DNA from: Spirochaetales bacterium
GTDB lineage: Bacteria > Spirochaetota > Spirochaetia > JABEVK01
Length of the DNA: 64,000 bases
Reading direction: 5' to 3'
Assembly: GCA_037142615.1 (NCBI GenBank)
Contig: JBAXAI010000020.1
Location: 1 to 64,000, forward strand
Shown: positions 8,025 to 14,812 of the stretch, one piece after another
How positions within the stretch are numbered: the stretch's first letter is position 1
How the letters are laid out: the number at the start of each line of letters is the position of its first letter
Notes under the pieces: model-generated
Told to the model about the DNA's origin: nothing
The model's database searches: none
The model's input: only the letters and a program-made list of their open reading frames with translations
Made by a program: the position numbers and the translations under genes

Positions 8025-10916
8025 CGTTTTTCTGCCGCTCGCCAACAACCCCGCCGTGTACTGCTCGTACAACCCGAACAGAAACTCCACCCGCTCCAGT
8101 TCGCTGGCAAACGGCGCGGCGCGGTAGCACTTGTCCACCGCCTTGTCGAGGGCTTGGTGCGCCTTCACCAGCTCGGGCGGCATGGTCAGCGGGTCGTACA
8201 AGTCGGCCAAACTGCTGGCCGGGTACAGCGCCCGGGCATCGAGCACCCCCTGGGCGGCCTTTTCCACAGCCAGGACTTTGGGGTCTGGAGGGGAAAGCCT
8301 TCCCCTGGCTTCAGCCGCTGGCGCGTCTTCCGCCACCCCTTCGCCGGGGACACCCCGGAACCCCGGCTCAACGACTTCGTCGTTGAGCCCTGGAGTTTTG
8401 CCTTTGGCAAAACTCCCCGTTCCGTCGTAGTGACCGGGAGTACACGCCGGCCAGGGGAAGTTGTTGTAGACGATGGAGTTGGAATATCGATAGCGCCCCT
8501 CGAGGCGGCCACACACCTGGCGCATCCACGCCATGTGTTGGGTGCTTTGCAGCACGCCAAAGTGGAACAAGGTGGCGTTGGGGACGAGCTGAACCAGATC
8601 GCTGCAAACAACGTCGGGGGTCATGAACCCGATTGGAAGGAAAGGTCGACGTTCGGAACTGACCTTGGGAACAACCAGGTAGGTCGAGGTGGGAAAGTTC
8701 TCAACGTGGAACCGGGTAGGTGTCGTGGCAAGCTTTTGTGTCGGTGAACTTTTGCTGGCCAACCGTGAGTTCCTAACGGCATCAACGCGTTTGAGCGACT
8801 CCGGCATGGCGCGGAGCACTTGAGGAGCACAGTCGCCCAGCCACAGCACCCAGCGGTGCCACCCGTTGAGAAATTCATCGCTCCCCAGCCACATCTTGAA
8901 GTACGGCTCAGCCTGCGGTTCCTTGGCCAAGAAATCCGCTTTTTCATCATCCGAAAACAGGTAATTGCCGCCGTCAATTGGCTTGTTTCCAATGCCCATC
9001 GATGGCACTTCACAAAGCGGTGTCGAGCGATTGCCAATCAGCACATTCCGCGAGTCGATCAAGTACGGGTTGATGTTCTTGGCCGGGCGCTCCACCGCTT
9101 GGCCACGAATGTCGGGGTAGTCGAAAATCCGTTTGGTCGGGCGCTCACCCAGTCCAAACCCGACGATGACGCAGTACACCGCAGCGTTGCCCTTGGCTTC
9201 GTTGCTCCACTTGAACGTGCGGTGAGCAAAGTGAATCACCACGCCACGGCCCAGCAGATAGCTCCACAGGATTCCCACTTGTTCGCCCTGTGAAATGGAA
9301 TTGGTCGACACAAAGGCACAGCCAATTTTGGTTCCCTGAAGGTAGTCGGCGGCCTTGACGTACCACGTGGCCACAAAGTCGAGAGTGCCCGAGTTGGCCA
9401 CGTGACCCATGGCAAATTCCACGTCGGTGCGCTGAGCTTCGTTCTGCATCTTGCTGCCTACAAACGGCGGATTCCCCAGAAGGTAGCTCAGCTCGCTCGG
9501 GTCCACCACGTCGGCCCAGTCCAGGCGCAGGGCGTTGCCGTGCACGATCTTGGGGCTGGCGGTGAGCGGCATGCGCGGTAGGTATTCGCCAAACTCCTCG
9601 CCCAGCCGCACGTTCATCAAATGGTCCATAATCCAGAGCGCCACCCGGGCAATTTGCGCCGGGAACTCTTCGATCTCGATGCCGTACAGGTTGTTCACGT
9701 CGATGCCGTGGTAAAAGCCCAGGTCGGCGTATTTGTGCTTGGTCAGCTTTTGGATGGCTTTGTGAGCCTCGATTTCGAGCAGGCGCAGCTCGCGGTAGGC
9801 CAGAATCAAAAAGTTGCCGCAGCCGCAGGCCGGATCGAGCAGCTTGATCCTGCGGATCTTGGCCAACAAGGCGTTCAGCCCAGTCTCGCTCGAGCGGCTG
9901 TGTTCCAGCTCGGCCAGCAGGTCGTCCAAAAACAACGGGTGGATGGTCTTGAGGATGTTCTTTTCGCTGGTGTAATGGGCACCCAGGTGGCGGCGGGCCC
10001 CGGCATCCATCACGCTCTGGAAAAGGCTGCCAAAAATGGCGGGGCTCACCTTGGCCCAGTTGAACCGGCACACGTGCAGCAGCGTGGCGCGCATGGGTCC
10101 GGTAAAGCTGGGAATGGTCAGCGCCTCGTCGAAAAGGCCGCCGTTGACGTACGGAAAAGCCTTCAGGTCGTCGTCGAGGCTCGACTGGCGCCGTTCGGGG
10201 GCGGTGTTGAGCACCTGAAAGATCTGCGCCAGGTGCATGCCCAGGTCACTGCCGTCGTCGCGGGTTTTGTCTTCCAGGTAGTACATCAGGTGGTCTTTGG
10301 CAAAGATGCCCGTGTCGTCGGCAAACAGGCAGAACATCAGACGCACCAAGAACACTTCCAACTCGTGGCCAGCAAACCCCGAGGCCAGCAGGTCGTCGTG
10401 AATTGCCCCCATCAGCTCGGCAGCGCGGATGTTCACCGGGTCCTCATCGCGATAGGTGCGCTTTTCCCAGCCCAAAATAAACCCGAACAGGTGGATATTT
10501 TCGTGCAGCGCACTTAGGGGGAACTCGGTGGGCGGCGCGCCCTCCCCGGCCTCAAGGTCAACAAGCCGAAAACGGGCAAAGTCGCTCACCACGATGTAGC
10601 GGGGCAATTCCTCGTTGGCGATGCCGCCGGTTGCACAGTAATCGAGCGCTTGTTTCAGGGCCTTGTCGAGGTCGTGGCCCCGGCTTTTGTGTTCCACCAC
10701 CAGCATGCCGGGCCAGAAAAAGTCCACGAACCCGGTGTTGCCGCTCAACGTTTTGGCGCGGGCCTCGAACACCCCCAACCGCTTGGCGGGAATGCCCCAC
10801 ACCTCAAAAAAGTCGCGCCAGAACGTCTGTGCCTGGCTCTTTTCATCGGCGTCGTCGGCGTGCTCGCGGGCAAACTCAAAGGCGCGCTTTTTGATCTCGG
10901 CGAGGGTGAAGGACAT
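8013..10916 (-). CDS. MmeI-like type IIL restriction-modification enzyme (YeeA family)
   Basis: N-terminal D-x9-EHK nuclease motif, LGAHYTSEKNI, LDPACGCGNF, GNPPF, C-terminal YRYS..YNNFPWP and LADLYDPLTMP. Confidence 0.95.
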   Translation of the reverse strand: MSFTLAEIKKRAFEFAREHADDADEKSQAQTFWRDFFEVWGIPAKRLGVFEARAKTLSGNTGFVDFFWPGMLVVEHKSRGHDLDKALKQALDYCATGGIANEELPRYIVVSDFARFRLVDLEAGEGAPPTEFPLSALHENIHLFGFILGWEKRTYRDEDPVNIRAAELMGAIHDDLLASGFAGHELEVFLVRLMFCLFADDTGIFAKDHLMYYLEDKTRDDGSDLGMHLAQIFQVLNTAPERRQSSLDDDLKAFPYVNGGLFDEALTIPSFTGPMRATLLHVCRFNWAKVSPAIFGSLFQSVMDAGARRHLGAHYTSEKNILKTIHPLFLDDLLAELEHSRSSETGLNALLAKIRRIKLLDPACGCGNFLILAYRELRLLEIEAHKAIQKLTKHKYADLGFYHGIDVNNLYGIEIEEFPAQIARVALWIMDHLMNVRLGEEFGEYLPRMPLTASPKIVHGNALRLDWADVVDPSELSYLLGNPPFVGSKMQNEAQRTDVEFAMGHVANSGTLDFVATWYVKAADYLQGTKIGCAFVSTNSISQGEQVGILWSYLLGRGVVIHFAHRTFKWSNEAKGNAAVYCVIVGFGLGERPTKRIFDYPDIRGQAVERPAKNINPYLIDSRNVLIGNRSTPLCEVPSMGIGNKPIDGGNYLFSDDEKADFLAKEPQAEPYFKMWLGSDEFLNGWHRWVLWLGDCAPQVLRAMPESLKRVDAVRNSRLASKSSPTQKLATTPTRFHVENFPTSTYLVVPKVSSERRPFLPIGFMTPDVVCSDLVQLVPNATLFHFGVLQSTQHMAWMRQVCGRLEGRYRYSNSIVYNNFPWPACTPGHYDGTGSFAKGKTPGLNDEVVEPGFRGVPGEGVAEDAPAAEARGRLSPPDPKVLAVEKAAQGVLDARALYPASSLADLYDPLTMPPELVKAHQALDKAVDKCYRAAPFASELERVEFLFGLYEQYTAGLLASGRKTRKA
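8280..8416. repeat. Multi-hairpin palindromic element inserted in frame in the R-M gene
   Basis: Perfect stems at 8289-8306 (7 bp), 8365-8389 (11 bp), 8392-8416 (11 bp), plus ggggacacccc. Confidence 0.8.
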
Positions 10917-11254
10917 TAATTCAGGACCAACTGCGTCTCGTCAGCGAGGGCCTTTTCCACGAACTTGTTCAGCGACAGGCCAAGCTTTGCAGCCGCCAGA
11001 GCCGCTCGCCCGTGTTGCTGCGGGTCAATCCGAACGACAAACTTGCCCGAGTAAGGTTTTTCGGCCGGCCGGTTCTCGGTGCTGCACCACTCGATGTAGT
11101 CGTCCACGGACTCCCTGAAAGCCAGGCGAAGTTCATCAACGGTCGCCCCTTCGAAGGTTATTCCATCTTTGGAAAGATTGACCACCTTACCAAAAAACGT
11201 GCTCGCCTCGTCATCAAACTGCACCAACCCGACGTAGCCTTTGTATTCCATCAT
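10916..11254 (-). CDS. hicB: HicB antitoxin
   Basis: MEYKGYVG, ITFEGATVDEL..F.ESVDDY, KPYSGKFVVRIDP, SLNKFV. Confidence 0.95.
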   Translation of the reverse strand: MMEYKGYVGLVQFDDEASTFFGKVVNLSKDGITFEGATVDELRLAFRESVDDYIEWCSTENRPAEKPYSGKFVVRIDPQQHGRAALAAAKLGLSLNKFVEKALADETQLVLN

Positions 11255-11425
11255 GGTACGAAACCCGCCTTTTCCAACTGCTCGCGCACCGACTCAACGG
11301 CACCCTTGATTGCGCTTCGATCGGGATGAGGTCGGTGGTACACAGACCTAGTCCCATTCAGTGAAACCGGAACGTGTGGGGCGTTCAAAGACCGACTCGA
11401 GAACCTTGCGCTGCTTGCTGTTCAC
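11251..11425 (-). pseudogene. hicA: HicA toxin disrupted by internal deletion and frameshift
   Basis: GTG-NSKQRKVLESVFERPTRS, then in another frame VSLNGTRSVYHRPHPDRSAIKGAVESVREQLEKAGFVP-TGA overlapping the hicB ATG. Confidence 0.85.
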
Positions 11426-11431
11426 GACGAT

Positions 11432-11460
11432 ATGATACTACAAAATGATATCGCAGTCAA
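11432..11460 (-). promoter_or_regulatory. sigma70 promoter of hicAB (leaderless)
   Basis: TTGACT-N17-TATCAT-N6-GTG. Confidence 0.8.
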
Positions 11461-12104
11461 TTCACAATCCCCCACGTCATGCTGACGGTTTCGTCCTGCT
11501 CGATTTCGTCCTCGTCGGGCATTCCATCCATGCTGTCGGCACGGTCGGCAACTCCAGCATCCCAAGGACGCGGATGACTCTTGAACGCCAATTCCGATTC
11601 GCCAAAGTTGATGGACTCGACCTCACCCAGCCGCACACCGGATGCCGAAGCCAGGACGCTGGCCTTGGTGGCGGCATCCACGACGGCGGCACGCAGCAAC
11701 TGTTCCAAGGCGCGTTCTGGATGCTCCAACGTGTAGGTAATGGCTACGGCCAGCTCAGGAAAGCCTTGGCTCGACAGTGTCAGAAGTGCCATCATGTGGT
11801 TCCGGGCTAGGCGCATCGACATGTTGCACTTCGAGGAGGCCCGGAACCCGATGTGGTGGTGCTTCCCGTCATGGTACTCGGTTTCGGCCTGCAAACGGAT
11901 GCTCCCAAGGCGCAGGCTGTCTGCCGGTACCTGACGTTCAGCCAAAGCCGCCTGAAACCGCTGCAGTGAACTCTCCAGCCGCTCAAAGGCCGCCGCCTGC
12001 ACGCGGTCGACAAGGGCAAAGTCCAGCTGAATCTTCATCCAATCGGGCGGAAGTGTGACTTTTCCCAGACCTTGAACGTGAATTGTGCGCGAAGAACTGA
12101 CCAT
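11457..12104 (-). CDS. SIMPL (DUF541) domain protein
   Basis: RTIHVQGLGKV..PD, AVVDAATKASVLASASGVRLGEVESI; ATG after GAGGG. Confidence 0.85.
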   Translation of the reverse strand: MVSSSRTIHVQGLGKVTLPPDWMKIQLDFALVDRVQAAAFERLESSLQRFQAALAERQVPADSLRLGSIRLQAETEYHDGKHHHIGFRASSKCNMSMRLARNHMMALLTLSSQGFPELAVAITYTLEHPERALEQLLRAAVVDAATKASVLASASGVRLGEVESINFGESELAFKSHPRPWDAGVADRADSMDGMPDEDEIEQDETVSMTWGIVN

Positions 12105-12160
12105 GATGGCCCTCCATGGGCCCAGCATAGTCGACGCGAAAGCACCAATGGTGCATCGCC

Positions 12161-12282
12161 AAAAAAAAAGAACGCCCCTCAAGTTGGGAACAAGGCATAC
12201 GTAAGCCGAGTCCGCATGAAGGGCGTCGTCAGGGGTGTTCGGAGCCGTAAGCCCCTAGTCACCTGGCCACCTCGCGGTAGTT
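12161..12282 (-). ncRNA. Candidate structured small RNA or attenuator, copy 1
   Basis: Own promoter, 5' GCGA tetraloop hairpin, GC stem followed by U9; paralogue at 13756-13853. Confidence 0.6.
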
Positions 12283-12288
12283 AGCTAA

Positions 12289-12317
12289 AGTATCGGCCCA
12301 CGGGCCAAGATTGTCAA
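12289..12317 (-). promoter_or_regulatory. sigma70 promoter of candidate sRNA copy 1
   Basis: TTGACA-N17-GATACT with palindrome GGCCC-gt-GGGCC in the spacer; the -35 overlaps the uma2 stop codon. Confidence 0.7.
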
Positions 12318-12928
12318 TCAGCCTGCCACAGCTGGGCGACATCCAGCGAGAACCCCGCCAACACCGCCGAGGTGACGGTGCCGGTGGACTCAAAGGTAAC
12401 CTCGGGAGCGAAACGGGGGCCCGAGCCTGCCTTGGCCGGTGCCAACACATACTGCTGCAACCAACGCCCCACGGGGTCAATCACCCAGTACTCGCGCACA
12501 CCCGAGCGCTCGTACAGGGCGTACTTTTCGTGCAGGTCTTTGCGGCTGGTTGACGGCGATAGAATTTCGATGACCAGGTCGGGGGCACCCCAGATGCCGT
12601 TGGGTTTGAGCTTGTCAGAGTCGCAGACCACCAGCACATCGGGCTGCACCACGGTGTCGACATCGTCTTCGCGCTGCTCGCGCACCCGAGGAAAAAACAC
12701 ATCCAGCGGTGCCGGGTAAACTCGACAGTCCCCGTCTTTGCCTTCTAGGAAATTGCCAAGCCGACGGGTGAGCAGAGCGCCGATGCCCTGATGAAGCCGC
12801 GTAGGGCTGCTCATGCTGTAGGCCACACCATCGATAAGCTCCCAGCGCTCATCCTCGGGCCATTGGCGGTAGTCGCAGTACGTGTACTTTTGTTCCTCTT
12901 TGCGAACCGGTAGTCCCATTTTCCTCAT
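12314..12928 (-). CDS. Uma2 (DUF820) family PD-(D/E)xK endonuclease, copy 1
   Basis: ELIDG, SP..HQ, VQPDVLVVCD, GAPDLVIEILSPST, K..LYERSGVREYWVIDP. Confidence 0.95.
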   Translation of the reverse strand: MRKMGLPVRKEEQKYTYCDYRQWPEDERWELIDGVAYSMSSPTRLHQGIGALLTRRLGNFLEGKDGDCRVYPAPLDVFFPRVREQREDDVDTVVQPDVLVVCDSDKLKPNGIWGAPDLVIEILSPSTSRKDLHEKYALYERSGVREYWVIDPVGRWLQQYVLAPAKAGSGPRFAPEVTFESTGTVTSAVLAGFSLDVAQLWQAD

Positions 12929-12944
12929 TCCTCCATTCTACCTG

Positions 12945-12992
12945 ACCAGACAAGGGAAAGGGAGGTTTTGCTTGAGGTTGGGGCTAAGAATC
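12945..12992 (-). repeat. Island leader repeat copy D (diverged)
   Basis: accagacaagggaaagggaggttttgcttga..aatc, 17 nt from the uma2 ATG. Confidence 0.65.
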
Positions 12993-13010
12993 TGCAAAGA
13001 GACGTGAGAA

Positions 13011-13622
13011 CTACTCCTGCCACAGCTGGGCGACATCCAGCGAGAACCCCGCCAGCACTGCCGAGGTGACGGTTCCGGTGGACTCAAAGGTAACCTCGGG
13101 AGCGAACCGGGGGCCCAAGCCCGCCTTGGCCGGTGCCAGCACATACTGCTGCAACCAACGCCCCACGGGGTCAATCACCCAGTACTCGCGCACCCCCGAG
13201 CGCTCGTAGAGCGCGTACTTCTCGTGCAGGTCTTTGCGGCTGGTTGAGGGCGACAGGATTTCGACCACCAGATCGGGAGCGCCCCAAATGCCGTTGGGTT
13301 TGAGCTTGTCAGAGTCGCAGACCACCAGCACGTCCGGCTGAACCACGGTGTCGACATCGTCTTCCCTTTGTTCTCGCACCCGAGGAAAGAACACATCCAG
13401 CGGCGCGGCGTAGACCCGGCAATCACCCTTCTTGCCCTCCAAATGCGCAAGTATCCGAGTTGAAATCAACAAGCCAATGCCCTGATGAGACCGCGTCGGG
13501 CTGCTCATGCTGTAGGCCACACCGTCGATCAGTTCCCACCGCTCATCCTCGGGCCATTGGCGATAGTCGCTGTACGTGTACGTTTGTTCTTCTTTGCGCA
13601 CCGGTAGTCCCATTTTCCTCAT
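13011..13622 (-). CDS. Uma2 (DUF820) family endonuclease, copy 2
   Basis: Same motifs; near-identical to copy 1 except one block. Confidence 0.95.
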   Translation of the reverse strand: MRKMGLPVRKEEQTYTYSDYRQWPEDERWELIDGVAYSMSSPTRSHQGIGLLISTRILAHLEGKKGDCRVYAAPLDVFFPRVREQREDDVDTVVQPDVLVVCDSDKLKPNGIWGAPDLVVEILSPSTSRKDLHEKYALYERSGVREYWVIDPVGRWLQQYVLAPAKAGLGPRFAPEVTFESTGTVTSAVLAGFSLDVAQLWQE

Positions 13623-13638
13623 GCCTCCATCTTAATGA

Positions 13639-13686
13639 ACAAGACGGGGGAAGTGGAGGGTTTGCTTCACGGGTTGGGAAAAAATC
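13639..13686 (-). repeat. Island leader repeat copy E
   Basis: 36/48 ungapped identity to copy B. Confidence 0.75.
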
Positions 13687-13755
13687 GGAGTGCAGATGGG
13701 GCACTGTGGGCCACCTTGCGGGACTTCATTGCCGAGACAGGACGGACGCTGAAAT

Positions 13756-13853
13756 AAAAAAAGGACGCCCCTTGAGCGTCCTGAACCGACGTCTGGGGTA
13801 CCCCTGCTCCTAGCGAAACAGGCCCCTAGTCTCATGGCCACCTCGCGGTGGTT
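13756..13853 (-). ncRNA. Candidate structured small RNA or attenuator, copy 2
   Basis: CCACC-GCGA-GGTGG hairpin, GACTAGGGG..ACCCC, terminator AGGACGC..GCGTCCT-U tract. Confidence 0.6.
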
Positions 13854-13859
13854 AACCAA

Positions 13860-13888
13860 AATATCGGCCCACGGACCAAGATTGTCAA
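13860..13888 (-). promoter_or_regulatory. sigma70 promoter of candidate sRNA copy 2
   Basis: TTGACA-N17-GATATT. Confidence 0.7.
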
Positions 13889-13942
13889 ACGAACGAAACC
13901 CAAGGGAGGGTCTTTTGATCTCGACGAGGGGGAAGGACACCG

Positions 13943-14260
13943 TCAAAACCCCACAAACAGCAGATCGAGGGCCGCCACCATTTCATCACGGCGGCTTTTC
14001 AATGAGGCCTGAACCGGCCCCAGAACGGTCATCGGCACCGAGGCCAGCTCGTGCATTACGACGAGGTAGGTGTCCCCGGCGAGGGCGACCGTGGGGTGCA
14101 ACCGCCCAATAGGGAGGACTGTGCAGGTGGCTCGAGTCAGCGGTGCGACGACGCGCGTGGCCAAGGCAGCAACGACGTCGTGCTGGAGTATCAAAAGGTA
14201 TGGGTAGAGCCCGCGTGTGTTGGGGTTCAGGTTGGTACAGATGTCAAACTGGAGGCTCAA
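13943..14260 (-). CDS. ccdB: CcdB-family toxin
   Basis: QFDI..N.N....YPYLLILQHD, TRVVAPL, RL.P, ALDLLFVGF C-terminus. Confidence 0.9.
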   Translation of the reverse strand: MSLQFDICTNLNPNTRGLYPYLLILQHDVVAALATRVVAPLTRATCTVLPIGRLHPTVALAGDTYLVVMHELASVPMTVLGPVQASLKSRRDEMVAALDLLFVGF

Positions 14261-14484
14261 AACGAACGCAACCCGTCAGAAAAGACTCCATGGGCGTCCA
14301 CCTCGCGATTCCACGCTTCGATCGCCGCCTGATTTTCCACTTTCCACGCGCTTTCCGCTCGCCTAGCAAGCTCCAGGCGGATTGCCTGCTCCAAAAGTGT
14401 CGACAGAACCAACTTTTGAAGTCGGGCCGCTTCCAGCAGCTCGGAGTCGAGACTCACATTCGTGCGCAATTTCGTGTTCTTCAT
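14257..14484 (-). CDS. ccdA: CcdA-family antitoxin
   Basis: RTNVSLDSELL..AR, WKVENQAAIEAWN..V..HGVFSDGLRSF. Confidence 0.9.
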   Translation of the reverse strand: MKNTKLRTNVSLDSELLEAARLQKLVLSTLLEQAIRLELARRAESAWKVENQAAIEAWNREVDAHGVFSDGLRSF

Positions 14485-14493
14485 CGTGTGTAA

Positions 14494-14522
14494 AAGGTAG
14501 CACAGGGGCATGGAATCCTCAA
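14494..14522 (-). promoter_or_regulatory. Candidate ccdAB promoter
   Basis: TTGAGG-N17-TACCTT with TGn extension. Confidence 0.5.
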
Positions 14523-14760
14523 GAGCGAAACGGGGGCCCGAGTCTACCTTGGGGGTGCCAATACATACTGCTGCAACCAACGCCCCACGGGGTCGATCAC
14601 CCAGTACTCTCGTACGCCGGAGCGTTCGTAAAGGGCGTACTTCTCGTGCAGGTCTTTGCGGCTGGTTGAGGGCGACAGGATTTCGACCACCAGGTCGGGG
14701 GCACCCCAGATGCCGTTGGGTTTGAGCTTGTCAGCGGGGCGGCGTAGACGTGAAGTTCGC
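14517..14760 (-). pseudogene. Third, decayed Uma2 copy
   Basis: VYAAPL joined out of frame to DKLKPNGIWGAPDLVVEILSPST..QQYVLAP (PD motif deleted), a further frameshift, both ends missing. Confidence 0.9.
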
Positions 14761-14812
14761 CAGGCCGGAACTGTAGGGCTAAGCGCCGAAGGTGCGTGCC
14801 CGCGCTCTGCGC

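Noticed and set aside
13632-13835. Peptide ORF starting GAGGTGGCC-ATG inside sRNA copy 2
   Set aside because: ATG is AGG in copy 1, the frame is not conserved, and the ORF runs through the terminator
12161-13853. Known riboswitch (TPP, fluoride, guanidine, c-di-GMP) or HEARO/omega RNA identity for the candidate sRNAs
   Set aside because: Only fragmentary resemblance; core consensus motifs are missing and there is no IscB or TnpB nearby
7082-13888. Integron attC sites
   Set aside because: Repeats lack paired RYYYAAC/GTTRRRY ends and the long imperfect palindrome; no intI in the window
13909-13929. Plus-strand intergenic DNA translates to GLLISTR, identical to part of the Uma2 copy 2 variable block
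   Set aside because: Only 14/21 nucleotide identity, opposite strand, outside the predicted sRNA, and found post hoc; probably chance, but worth rechecking in relatives
12314-14760. DGR template/variable repeat pair among the Uma2 copies
   Set aside because: Differences are not adenine-specific and no reverse transcriptase is present
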